From Poseidonia sp. (GTDB taxonomy: Archaea; Thermoplasmatota; Poseidoniia; Poseidoniales; Poseidoniaceae): a stretch of DNA of 57,053 nucleotides. A program made the translations under genes and the position numbers. The notes beneath the pieces were generated by a model. It was not told the DNA's origin and made no database searches. It saw only the letters and a list, made by a program, of their open reading frames with translations. The number at the start of each line of letters is the position of its first letter. Position 1 is the stretch's first letter. Of the stretch, positions 9,566 to 18,119 are shown in pieces. The stretch is from contig JAYOHN010000004.1 in NCBI GenBank assembly GCA_038118245.1, forward strand, positions 1-57,053, given 5' to 3'.

Positions 9566-11158
9566 ATGGTGGTCAGCCAGAACCCTCGTCGTTTGATGGT
9601 GAACGTGGGGCTGCCTTACCGTTTGATTCGGGCGTTCTTTCGCTTCCTCACCAGCATTTGGTTTCGAGAAGTGGACCTCGTCGACAATGAATTCATCGCT
9701 GACGATGCCGGTGTGTTGTTCATTTCATGGCACCCTAACGGTCTCATTGACCCCATGTTGTTGACGGCTACCTTGCCGCAACGCGTGACCACGCTCGTCA
9801 GCCATCGCTTGTTCAGCTTCCCATTGGTCCGATTCCCGTTTCAAGCCGCAGGGGTGATTCCACTGAACACCACGGCCACACCGTTTCTGCGAGGCCTTTC
9901 TTCCCCGCCCGCTTCAGCAACGCTCTCCATGGCCGCAGACCGGCTGGCAAGCGGAGGTTGCGTGCTGATGTTTCCCGAAGAACACTCTCACCCAAAAGCA
10001 TCGGTTCAAACCGTTCGATCGGGCGCAGCAAGGCTGTTCCTTGAGGCCCTTCGTCGAGCCCAAGCGAACGACCAACCTCGTCCACGGTTGGTTCCTGTTG
10101 GCCTGCATTATGCCGACGCCTCACGGTTTCGAGAACGCGCCGCCATCGTCCTTGAGCGCACGGTGATGGTTCCGGACCCCCCGCTTTCCGGCGACCTTGA
10201 AGCCGACAAAGCTTGGATCAGCGACCTCACGACCGCCATTGAAGTTGAGTTGCAAAGGGCGAACCTTGCTCGGTCTTCTTGGCATGAGCGGACGTTGATT
10301 TGGAAGGCGCGGGGCGTGGTTCAAGCAGAAAAACAACGCCAATCCGGGCAAGCACTCCAGCCTTCCTCGTACGCCGAAGCCGTGCTGGCCGCTCGGCGAC
10401 TCCGAGCGGGTTGGGAGTACCTCGCCGAACACAACCCAAAAATCACCGACGGTTTGGTGCAGGACTGCGAGATTCACTTTGCAGAGTTGAACCGACGTGG
10501 GCTTCGTTCCATCGATGTGGACGCTCGACCGGAGCGTTTGACGCTGGGGCAATTCGCTCGCTTGGTGGCCTCTTGGCTCTGGGCGCTGGTGTGGATGTTC
10601 GGCCTGGTGACATGGGGGGCTCTTCTTGGCAATTACGCACCTTACAAATTCCAAAGCCTCCTCGAGAACATCACCCGGCGAGCTGAAGTCAACGATTCGT
10701 TGCAAGGCAGCATCAAAGTGCTCTCCTCGGTTTTGCTGTTTCCTCTCTGGTGGGGAGGGCTTTCGGCTGCCCTTGTGTGGGTTCTTCTCGATGCCAGCAG
10801 TCCCATCTCGATGGCGATGGCTTCCCATCAGGTCCTCGTGTACGTGACCATGATGCCGCCGGTCGGCGCTTTTGTTTTCTTCATGTTTTTTTGGCCGTTG
10901 GCGGCGAGGGCCCACATGAAGTTGTACGAGCGTCTTGTCCGTTCGTATCGAAGGTTGAAGCAATGGCGGCACTGGCAGGACGCCGACCACGACTGGGAGC
11001 GCTTGTCCGGCACCCAACGAGACCTTGCAAAACGCCTCGTTGCGTTGGGTGGCGAAATGGTCTTGCCCGGGGATGTGGATTGGGTTGACCCCCCACCCGG
11101 CCAGGACGACGTGATCTCCGTGCGTCTGCGAAACACACCCAGCGTGGCCGAAGGATGA
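9566..11158 (+). CDS. Lysophospholipid/glycerol-phosphate acyltransferase family (PlsC/LPLAT-like) protein with a C-terminal polytopic membrane domain
   Basis: 530 aa. Acyltransferase motif I region is VLFISWHPNGLIDPMLL. Motif III/IV region is CVLMFPEEHSHPKASVQTVRSGAARLFL. The C-terminal ~250 aa contain several hydrophobic helices. Confidence 0.7.
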   Translation: MVVSQNPRRLMVNVGLPYRLIRAFFRFLTSIWFREVDLVDNEFIADDAGVLFISWHPNGLIDPMLLTATLPQRVTTLVSHRLFSFPLVRFPFQAAGVIPLNTTATPFLRGLSSPPASATLSMAADRLASGGCVLMFPEEHSHPKASVQTVRSGAARLFLEALRRAQANDQPRPRLVPVGLHYADASRFRERAAIVLERTVMVPDPPLSGDLEADKAWISDLTTAIEVELQRANLARSSWHERTLIWKARGVVQAEKQRQSGQALQPSSYAEAVLAARRLRAGWEYLAEHNPKITDGLVQDCEIHFAELNRRGLRSIDVDARPERLTLGQFARLVASWLWALVWMFGLVTWGALLGNYAPYKFQSLLENITRRAEVNDSLQGSIKVLSSVLLFPLWWGGLSAALVWVLLDASSPISMAMASHQVLVYVTMMPPVGAFVFFMFFWPLAARAHMKLYERLVRSYRRLKQWRHWQDADHDWERLSGTQRDLAKRLVALGGEMVLPGDVDWVDPPPGQDDVISVRLRNTPSVAEG

Positions 11159-11226
11159 AACGGGGGAAATCCGCACAAGGGTTTGAATGAAAGAAGGTCC
11201 GTGGAGCAACCGGAGGGGACAAGGCG

Positions 11227-12348
11227 ATGACGCGAACATTGGTCATCACCGTTGACCGAGACAACGACCTCGGCATCAAGACCTCCATTCGAGGCCCTGT
11301 TGTCGGTCGGCGAAACGTCTTGACCGCCGCCCTTAAACTCGGTATTGCCGACCCCGAGGAAAGCGACACCAACGCCATCTTGGGAGCCCTGGCTCAAAAC
11401 GACGGCATCGTCGAAACCAAAGGGGAAGAAGACGAAGTTGAGATCGCCATCCTCACCGGCGATGAGAAAGTCGGTGTTCGCTCTGACCGAGCCATCGCGG
11501 CTCAACTTGAGGAAGTGGTGTCCACCTTCCAACCCGATCAAGCCATTCTGGTCACCGACGGTGTGGAGGACGAGAGCGTTTTGCCCATCATCACGTCTCA
11601 AGTCCGAATCGACCACATTGAACGGGTGACCGTTCGCCAATCCAAGGGCATTGAAGGCACGTATTACTACATCGTGAAGGCGTTGGATGACCCCAAATGG
11701 CGGTCAAAAATCATGGTTCCCTTGGGGGCGGTCATGGCTATTTTGGGGTTGGGAATCATGCTTCCAAACGAAATCGGTGGCGTTGTTATCGGGGCGCTTC
11801 CTCTTGTCCTGGGCCTTTACATCTTCAGCAAAGGTGCAGGAATTGAATCTACGGTGAACCGCGTCATTCAGGAAATGCGAGAAAACGCAGACGCAGCGAT
11901 GTTTTCTTCCTTGCTTTGGACCGCCACCCTGTTCAGCGCCATCTTTGCTGTGGCCGAGGGTTGGCGGGCGTTTGGACTGCTTGAGGCCACGGCCAACGCA
12001 CCCTCGGTTCTCTGGCTCAGCGTGATTCACTCCTCCCTTGCTTGGACGGTGATTGCGTTCTTGACCTCCACGGCCGGTTTCATGCTCCTGCGTTTGAAGC
12101 GGGGTTCGTTTTCAGGCAGCCTCATCGTGTTGAGCGTTTTCGGCATGGTCGTCTATTCGTTCCTCAACGCCGCCCTCGACATCGCCATACGGGTGTTGAA
12201 CGGCACCTCGTACGAATTCAGCGTGGAGATGATCCTCAACGACCTGACCACCCCGCTGATTTGGGTGGTCGTTCTTTGGATGGTCACCACCGCTGTGCGC
12301 ACGCTCCAAGCCAAGCAAGCCCAAGCCGACCGCTATTGGGGAATTTGA
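11227..12348 (+). CDS. DUF373-family archaeal membrane protein
   Basis: 373 aa. The soluble N-terminal domain LVITVDRDNDLGIKTSIRGPVVGRRNVLTAALKLGIADPEESDTNAILGA is followed by about 6 TM helices. This pattern is recalled from DUF373 proteins. Confidence 0.7.
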   Translation: MTRTLVITVDRDNDLGIKTSIRGPVVGRRNVLTAALKLGIADPEESDTNAILGALAQNDGIVETKGEEDEVEIAILTGDEKVGVRSDRAIAAQLEEVVSTFQPDQAILVTDGVEDESVLPIITSQVRIDHIERVTVRQSKGIEGTYYYIVKALDDPKWRSKIMVPLGAVMAILGLGIMLPNEIGGVVIGALPLVLGLYIFSKGAGIESTVNRVIQEMRENADAAMFSSLLWTATLFSAIFAVAEGWRAFGLLEATANAPSVLWLSVIHSSLAWTVIAFLTSTAGFMLLRLKRGSFSGSLIVLSVFGMVVYSFLNAALDIAIRVLNGTSYEFSVEMILNDLTTPLIWVVVLWMVTTAVRTLQAKQAQADRYWGI

Positions 12349-12813
12349 TCAGAGGACGAAGCGAGGCAGCACACGTGCTACGGTGCTGTGCCCCACCACG
12401 CCAACGAGCGCACCTTCGCTGTCCACAACCGCCAGTTGGTTGAGGTCGTGGGTCAACATCAGCGCCCCTGCTTTGAGCAGAGGTGTTCCGGTCCGCACGG
12501 TGAGCGGAGGGTTGGTCAGCATCTGTTGAGCGGGGACGGTGTGCATCCAAGCAATGTCTCTGTTCACCGCTTTCCGGCTCACCATTTTGAGCACATCAAC
12601 GGCATGAATTCGACCAAGCGGCACTTCGTCTTCGTCCACGATGAAGACGTGGTCCCAATTGTGCTTTGTCAGGACATCCAGCACCCTGGCCATGGAATCG
12701 GAGGCCAAAAGCGCATGAGCCGGCTGCATGACTTCACCGCAGAGGATGGACCGAACGGCCCGAGCCCGCTTGTTGTTGCCGGTGTTTTTTCGCAAACTCG
12801 GACGACTGACCAT
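12349..12813 (-). CDS. CBS domain pair protein
   Basis: 154 aa. Two CBS-like units: ...SMARVLDVLTKHNWDHVFIVDEDEVPLGRIHAVDVL and ...TPLLKAGALMLTHDLNQLAVVDSEGALVGVVGHSTV. Confidence 0.7.
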   Translation of the reverse strand: MVSRPSLRKNTGNNKRARAVRSILCGEVMQPAHALLASDSMARVLDVLTKHNWDHVFIVDEDEVPLGRIHAVDVLKMVSRKAVNRDIAWMHTVPAQQMLTNPPLTVRTGTPLLKAGALMLTHDLNQLAVVDSEGALVGVVGHSTVARVLPRFVL

Positions 12814-12958
12814 GGTGCTTCAAGCAGCGGCGACGGCCGACCTCTTTTGAACCCTTCCACATCATGGATGCAATCTTCCGGATTACGGAAAATTCAACGG
12901 TCACGGCTGGCCGTGAACGGCCTCAACAAAGAAAAACAAACGATGGTCTGCACAGGCC

Positions 12959-13381
12959 ATGAGCACCGTGCCCCAAGCCGAACTCGTCGCGTTGAACGCC
13001 TTGTCAGGATACGACCAGATGCTTGAAATCGACCGGATTTGCCGTGTCTACGGGATGGACGAGACGACGGTTCGTGCAGCCATGGCGGCGTTGTCCACAC
13101 CTTCTTCGCCCACCCCGCCACCGTCGGCGAATTCATGGGACACGAGTCACAAGGACTTGCCGGGCCTCCAGAACGCAGCCGGACCCACGACGCCCAACAT
13201 GATTGACAAAAGCCAGTTCAGGTTTGAATACGACCCCTCACGTGAAGCAGCTGCCCGTCGGGACAGCGTCAATCAAGCCATCCTTTGTTCGGGGTGCGGG
13301 GTGGCCTTGGGCATCCCTGATGTCAGGCCCATCAAAGTCACGTGCCCTTCCTGCATGTTCGAGACCACGTACACGCATTGA
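12959..13381 (+). CDS. Hypothetical protein with a C-terminal zinc ribbon
   Basis: 140 aa. C-terminal CSGCGVALGIPDVRPIKVTCPSCMFE (CxxC-x16-CxxC). A Pro/Ser/Thr linker sits in the middle. No family recognised. Confidence 0.5.
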   Translation: MSTVPQAELVALNALSGYDQMLEIDRICRVYGMDETTVRAAMAALSTPSSPTPPPSANSWDTSHKDLPGLQNAAGPTTPNMIDKSQFRFEYDPSREAAARRDSVNQAILCSGCGVALGIPDVRPIKVTCPSCMFETTYTH

Positions 13382-13417
13382 GGCAACTTGATGAACAGAC
13401 GGCACTGACCGACCCCC

Positions 13418-14233
13418 ATGGAAGGCCCATCTCCGCGTCTGTGGCCTTACGCCGCCAACAATTCACCTCTTCCGCTTCCTGACCAGGCGGTGCTGTACAG
13501 CCCTCAAGCCGTCGTTCCCCTCGATTTTCTCGGCGAGCGGATGCCCGATGCGCCACCGCTTGACGAGACCGCCGTGTTGGCGTATGCAAAGGGGTACGGC
13601 GCCGAGGGGCGGTCCCTGGACGACCTGTTGCTTTCGTGCGGCGCCGACCCGCTTGAAGGGCGTCGCCCTGTGTTGCTTCAAGGCGAACTGGCCAACCCCT
13701 ACCGTCTCCAAGAAATGGGCATGCCGGCGATGCCTTTGCTCCCCGTCCGATTGGAGGGTCTTTGTCGAACATGGGCGGACGGCCTCGACCCGCGTGACGA
13801 TTATCCCGGCATTCACCACGTGACCCTTGCACGCACGCCAGGTTGGTGGGAAAGCTCGGTGTTGGGGCTGGCCACAAAGGAGCAACTGAAACGAATTCGA
13901 ACGTGGTTGGACAACGGCAAACCGCATGTGTGGCGCCCGGTCAAGCTGGCCGAGGGGGGCGTGCGTTTTGAGCATGAAATCTTGGAACCTCCCGGTCAAA
14001 ACGATGTTGAGTGGGACGGAACGGTCGAACGCATCTCCCGGTCGCCACCCGAACCGACGGGACCGAGCCTCCTGCTCGACGACTTGCTGGTCGTGGTCCA
14101 CACCCGCCAAGGGTGTTACAACCACAGAGGCCGCCTCGCTCGATGCGTGCACATGCAACAACGGGCGTTTCACGACCAGCTTTTCAGAAAAGGCTCTTCG
14201 CACCGCTGGAACGACGTGCTCACGGTTCGCTAA
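13418..14233 (+). CDS. Hypothetical protein
   Basis: 271-aa ORF with acidic, protein-like composition. The competing antisense ORF 13463..14203 is Arg/His/Gln-rich. No motifs recognised. Confidence 0.4.
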   Translation: MEGPSPRLWPYAANNSPLPLPDQAVLYSPQAVVPLDFLGERMPDAPPLDETAVLAYAKGYGAEGRSLDDLLLSCGADPLEGRRPVLLQGELANPYRLQEMGMPAMPLLPVRLEGLCRTWADGLDPRDDYPGIHHVTLARTPGWWESSVLGLATKEQLKRIRTWLDNGKPHVWRPVKLAEGGVRFEHEILEPPGQNDVEWDGTVERISRSPPEPTGPSLLLDDLLVVVHTRQGCYNHRGRLARCVHMQQRAFHDQLFRKGSSHRWNDVLTVR

Positions 14234-15255
14234 TTGGAACGGACGTAATGCTCCACCCGCTCTTCACCCCAAACCGTTTCATCCTCGAGGCTCAAACCCG
14301 CTTTGAGGAGGGCGTTCCGGTCGAGGCCGGAAGGGACGGGTTGTTCGTGGACAACATCGCTGTGCACCAGGAAGACCTCGTCAACGAGTTCCGCTTCCAA
14401 GAACCGGTGCACGGTGGTCGGGCCCCCTTCAACCAACACCCGCTGAATGTCTTGGTCGCCGAGTTGATTCAGCAAGGAGGCGAGGTTCGTAAAATTGGAT
14501 TGGACCATCATCACTTCGTGCCCGTCGTTGAGCAATCGGGCGTCCCGATTGACCCGGGCGTTGGGGTCAATCACCACTCGCAGGGGTTGGCGTTCGGACG
14601 GCACCATGCGGACGGTCAATTGAGGGTCGTCTCGGTTCACGGTTTCAACCCCCACCAGCACAGCATCGCAATCCCGCCGCAACTCGTGAACCTTCTCGAG
14701 GCACCCCGTTGAGGTGAATCGCTGAGCATGAGCGGCGCGGTCGTCCACCGAACCGTTGGCGTCCATGGCCAACTTGACCGTGACCAGCGGACGACGGTGC
14801 TCGCACCAGTGTAGAAAAGCGCGCATCTGTTCGCTGGCCTCGCGCTCCATCAACCCGGTTCGCGTGGAAATGCCAGCGTCGTTGAGCACCTTGCATCCGT
14901 TGCCTCGGACGGTAGGATTCGGGTCGCCATGGGCCACCACCACCTCGTTCACACCGGCCCACATCAGCGCTTCGGTGCATGGCGGCGTGCGTCCAAAATG
15001 ATTGCACGGCTCGAGGGTAACGTATGCGGTGGCGCCGTTGGGGGATATGCCCCGTTCTTCCGCATCGTGGATGGCCATTTGTTCAGCGTGCAAGCCCCCG
15101 AGGTGATCGTGCCATCCCTCGGCGATGACCGTCCCGTCTTTCACCAGGACGCAGCCGACCAGCGGGTTGGGGCTGACCTTGCCTCGTCCTCGCTCCGCAA
15201 CCAGCAGAGCCCGCTCCATGAAGGCGCGGTCGTCCTCGCTCCATGCTCCTTCCAC
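14230..15255 (-). CDS. ribD: Bifunctional riboflavin biosynthesis protein RibD (pyrimidine deaminase / uracil reductase)
   Basis: 341 aa. The deaminase zinc site is HAEQMAI...PCNHFGRTPPC. The preceding RALLVAERGRGKVSPNPLVGCVLV is typical. The C-terminal reductase half carries LVEGGPTTVHRFL. Confidence 0.9.
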   Translation of the reverse strand: MEGAWSEDDRAFMERALLVAERGRGKVSPNPLVGCVLVKDGTVIAEGWHDHLGGLHAEQMAIHDAEERGISPNGATAYVTLEPCNHFGRTPPCTEALMWAGVNEVVVAHGDPNPTVRGNGCKVLNDAGISTRTGLMEREASEQMRAFLHWCEHRRPLVTVKLAMDANGSVDDRAAHAQRFTSTGCLEKVHELRRDCDAVLVGVETVNRDDPQLTVRMVPSERQPLRVVIDPNARVNRDARLLNDGHEVMMVQSNFTNLASLLNQLGDQDIQRVLVEGGPTTVHRFLEAELVDEVFLVHSDVVHEQPVPSGLDRNALLKAGLSLEDETVWGEERVEHYVRSN

Positions 15256-15421
15256 GGTCGTCCCAAACCGCTCGGGTTCAAGACATCTTGGATGAGGTTT
15301 TGGCCCTACAAAAGGGTCAAATGGCGCAATTATTCATTTTGAATAAACAATATGCACTTCCCATGAACCTCTGAAAGCACAAGAGAGAAGGCTTCAAGCG
15401 CCGTTGCGGCATCAATCAACC

Positions 15422-16510
15422 ATGGCTGCGGACAACCCAGGCTTTCCTTCGCGAATCGATTTTCAAGCGGACGCCTCTTCCCGCCGGAAAAAAGGGGTTC
15501 ACCGACCCCGGTTCGCGTCCATCTTCACCCTACCGTACCGTTCGCTGAATCCTCCAAGAAAAGTTCACCTCTTGGTGAACCCCTACGCAGGAAAGCGACG
15601 AGGGGCGGCCATCGGCGAGCGGGTCAAGCAACGGCTTGAGGAAGCCGGGGTTGAAGTGGTCGTGTCCCACTCTGCCTACAGCGGCCATCTGGTCACGTTG
15701 GCTTCGGCCGTGGTGGTGGGCGAGAACGAAACCATCGTCGCCGTGGGTGGTGACGGCACGTTGTGCGAGGTCATCTCCGGCCGCATGTTGCTCAACCTCG
15801 ATGAGCGCCAGACCGTCGGTATCGTTCCAGCGGGAACGGGGAACTCCCAAGCCAACGATTTGGGGCTCACCTCTGTTGATGCTGCCGTGGAGGCTGTTCT
15901 TGGTGGAAGGGTCCAGGCGCTTGACCTTGCGAAGGTCGAACTCACGGAGGGGTTGCCCGGTAACGAGGGCGAGCGCATCGTTCGGTACAGCCACAACCTT
16001 GTCACTTGGGGCTTGGGGGTGGATTCCAACATCCAAGCAGAACGCATGCGTTGGCTCGGGCCTGCTCGTTACGACGTGGGCATTTTGCTGGCGATCCTCG
16101 CCAACCGAAAACGGACCGCAACGCTCACGCTTGATGGAACGGCCGTGACGGATGCCTTCACTCTTTTTTTGATTCAGAATAGCCAGACCGGCGGCTCGCT
16201 GCTCCCGCTCGCCCCGGGGGCCTCGCTCGACGATGGCGTGATGGACATCGGTCTCTTGAAGCGCATGAAGCGAGGTCAGATTTTGAAGGCCTTTGGTATG
16301 CTGAAGAGCGAAGGTCGGCATGTCTTTCATCCAATGGTGGACTATCATCGGTTCAAATCGCTGACCATCACCACCGAGATGCCGACCGCCATCAACGTTG
16401 ACGGTGAAAATTTGGGCTCCACCCCGCTCAACATGGAGGTCATCAAACACGCGATTGACATCGTGGTGCCGGTTCAGAACGAAAAGTCGGAGAATTCCTC
16501 TTCTTCATGA
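15422..16510 (+). CDS. Diacylglycerol kinase catalytic-domain family lipid kinase (YegS/LCB5-like)
   Basis: The track ORF starts at TTG 15404, and the first ATG is 15422. Motifs are VHLLVNPYAGKRRG and IVAVGGDGTLCEVISG (GGDGT), with the nucleotide-binding GIVPAGTGNSQAND. Confidence 0.8.
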   Translation: MAADNPGFPSRIDFQADASSRRKKGVHRPRFASIFTLPYRSLNPPRKVHLLVNPYAGKRRGAAIGERVKQRLEEAGVEVVVSHSAYSGHLVTLASAVVVGENETIVAVGGDGTLCEVISGRMLLNLDERQTVGIVPAGTGNSQANDLGLTSVDAAVEAVLGGRVQALDLAKVELTEGLPGNEGERIVRYSHNLVTWGLGVDSNIQAERMRWLGPARYDVGILLAILANRKRTATLTLDGTAVTDAFTLFLIQNSQTGGSLLPLAPGASLDDGVMDIGLLKRMKRGQILKAFGMLKSEGRHVFHPMVDYHRFKSLTITTEMPTAINVDGENLGSTPLNMEVIKHAIDIVVPVQNEKSENSSSS

Positions 16511-17937
16511 TGTTCCACCGGAGCGGGTTGCTCTTCGATGGGTTCGGCCTTTTTCACGGCCTTGCGGCGACGAACCGGAGGCTTGCTCTTTGGCGGTTCG
16601 CTTTGCTGAGGTGGGCTTGCGCTGCTTTTGGAGGTGGGTGGTGGGCTTGAGCGACGTTGTCCAACGGAGGTGGGTGGCGACGACGCCCGAGTTTCGTTGG
16701 TCGGGACGGCCATCTGCTCCATGTCTTGAGCGGCTTGGGTCACCACGACCGAGCTCTTACGACCTGGAGGTCCCGACCCGCCGGGGCCCGAACCGGTGGA
16801 CGTTGAGGCCAGCACGCTGTCGAGGTCGAATCCACCGAGAGGGCTGGCGTCGCTGGTCGGTGCAGAAGGGGTATCCTGACGTTCTTTCTTGGCTTCCTTC
16901 TGAGCTTTTACGTTCTCTTTGTCCAGGCGCTGCTGTCGCTCGGTAGGGGATTCCATACCGGCTTTCTTGGCCGCTTTTGCATCGGTTTTGACGCTGGCGG
17001 CCTTTTTCATTCCCTCCGTTCCGATGAGGGTCTTCATCGATTGGCTTGCGGAGCGCATGACCATGCCTCGTGAGACAACGAAGAGTCCTGCGGCTCCACC
17101 AACACCGCCGAGCAGGAAGAACAAGACAAAGCCGGTGCGTCCCAAGAGCGGAACGTTGCCTTGGACCCATTCGTCATCGCTTTCACCGTTAGCGCTGACC
17201 TTGGCCCCGTCAAGGACGATGCCGCTGACCAGAACGTACACGTCTTCCCGGTTGTTTCCTGAGTTCACCGTGACTGAGCATTCAGCGTTGGCGGTGTGCC
17301 ATGACTTGAGGTATCCCATGGGGTTACTTTCGTTACCGCTCTTCGAGACCATGTACCCCTGAATTGAAACCGGTTGATGCCATTCGTCGAGTGCTTTCAT
17401 GCCCTCCAGCACGTTTTCCGAATTGGGTATCAAACCGAGGATAAACCACTCGGTATCGGCATCGCTGTCCAGTTCATCGAGGTCGATGCTTCCGGCTCCT
17501 GTTTCTGGGTTCAAGGGGGAACTCCAATCCTTGACATCGATGCGTGCCCCATCTCCATCAACGACCCCAGCGGCGTCGTTGAAGGGCATGGATTGGACGG
17601 CCACCGCCGTGGTGACTGCGAAATCAAGTCCTCGTGCCCCCATCACGGGGTCGTGGGCGGTGTAAAAGTGGCTTGCAGCAAGGTACCCGGTGAAGGACAC
17701 CGGCTCCCCCAATCCAGGGTCAAGTGTTGCACCACCATCGCCTGGCTGGCACCCAACGGGGATCACCGATTCCGTCGTCGTTGAACCCGAAAGACCGCTT
17801 TTTACGCTGGTGCCTTCCATGGAAAATTGCACTTCGACGGCGTCGCTCCCGCTTCCCCAAACCGCTGAGGCAGGGCCGAGGCACCCTGCGAGGACCATGC
17901 TGGCGAACAAACACAGAGCGAGCAAACCCCGTCGCAT
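16474..17937 (-). CDS. Surface lipoprotein-like protein with a TM anchor and a long disordered Lys/Pro/Ser-rich cytoplasmic tail
   Basis: 487 aa. The N-terminus MRRGLLALCLFASMVLAGC carries a lipobox-like LAGC. A TM helix FVLFFLLGGVGGAAGLFVV follows the ectodomain. The tail is low complexity (AKAAKKAG..., SSPPPTSKSSASPPQQSEPPKSKPP). Confidence 0.6.
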   Translation of the reverse strand: MRRGLLALCLFASMVLAGCLGPASAVWGSGSDAVEVQFSMEGTSVKSGLSGSTTTESVIPVGCQPGDGGATLDPGLGEPVSFTGYLAASHFYTAHDPVMGARGLDFAVTTAVAVQSMPFNDAAGVVDGDGARIDVKDWSSPLNPETGAGSIDLDELDSDADTEWFILGLIPNSENVLEGMKALDEWHQPVSIQGYMVSKSGNESNPMGYLKSWHTANAECSVTVNSGNNREDVYVLVSGIVLDGAKVSANGESDDEWVQGNVPLLGRTGFVLFFLLGGVGGAAGLFVVSRGMVMRSASQSMKTLIGTEGMKKAASVKTDAKAAKKAGMESPTERQQRLDKENVKAQKEAKKERQDTPSAPTSDASPLGGFDLDSVLASTSTGSGPGGSGPPGRKSSVVVTQAAQDMEQMAVPTNETRASSPPTSVGQRRSSPPPTSKSSASPPQQSEPPKSKPPVRRRKAVKKAEPIEEQPAPVEHHEEEEFSDFSF

Positions 17938-17993
17938 GATTGGAGGAGGGTGGGTTGAGTTTGAGAAGTCTTCCCTGCGGGGAAAAGGAGGTT

Positions 17994-18079
17994 TGGCGCA
18001 GTCGGAGAGATTTGAACTCCCGAGTCACGGGGACACCGGATTTCAAATCCGGCGCAATACCAGGCTATGCGACGACTGC
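17994..18079 (-). tRNA. tRNA-Ser (anticodon UGA), type II with a long variable arm and encoded 3' CCA
   Basis: The reverse complement is GCAGTCGTCGCATAGCCTGGTATTGCGCCGGATTTGAAATCCGGTGTCCCCGTGACTCGGGAGTTCAAATCTCTCCGACTGCGCCA. The acceptor stem is GCAGTCG/CGACTGC. The anticodon stem CCGGA/TCCGG carries the loop TTTGAAA. The T-loop is TTCAAAT and the variable region is about 14 nt. Confidence 0.85.
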
Positions 18080-18100
18080 TCTGGTGCGACGCACACGGTC

Positions 18101-18110
18101 TCGTTTTTTC
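18101..18110 (-). promoter_or_regulatory. Candidate A/T box (TATA-like) for tRNA-Ser
   Basis: The minus strand reads GAAAAAACGA, centred about 27 nt upstream of the tRNA 5' end at 18079. Assigned by position only. Confidence 0.3.
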
Positions 18111-18119
18111 TCCTTTCGC

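Noticed and set aside
10121-11239. Minus-strand 372-aa ORF opposite the acyltransferase gene. Similar cases are 15530..16450, 2680..3720, 4447..5325, 5392..6087, 53015..54181, 51863..52966 and 19613..20590
   Set aside because: Each overlaps a motif-supported CDS on the other strand and has Arg/Pro/His/Gly-biased composition. They are treated as GC-driven shadow ORFs.
13463-14203. 246-aa minus-strand ORF competing with the plus-strand ORF 13418..14233
   Set aside because: Its Arg/His/Gln/Val-rich composition is less protein-like than the acidic plus-strand product. The plus strand also continues the orientation of the preceding zinc-ribbon gene. Confidence in either strand is modest, and this is flagged in the findings.
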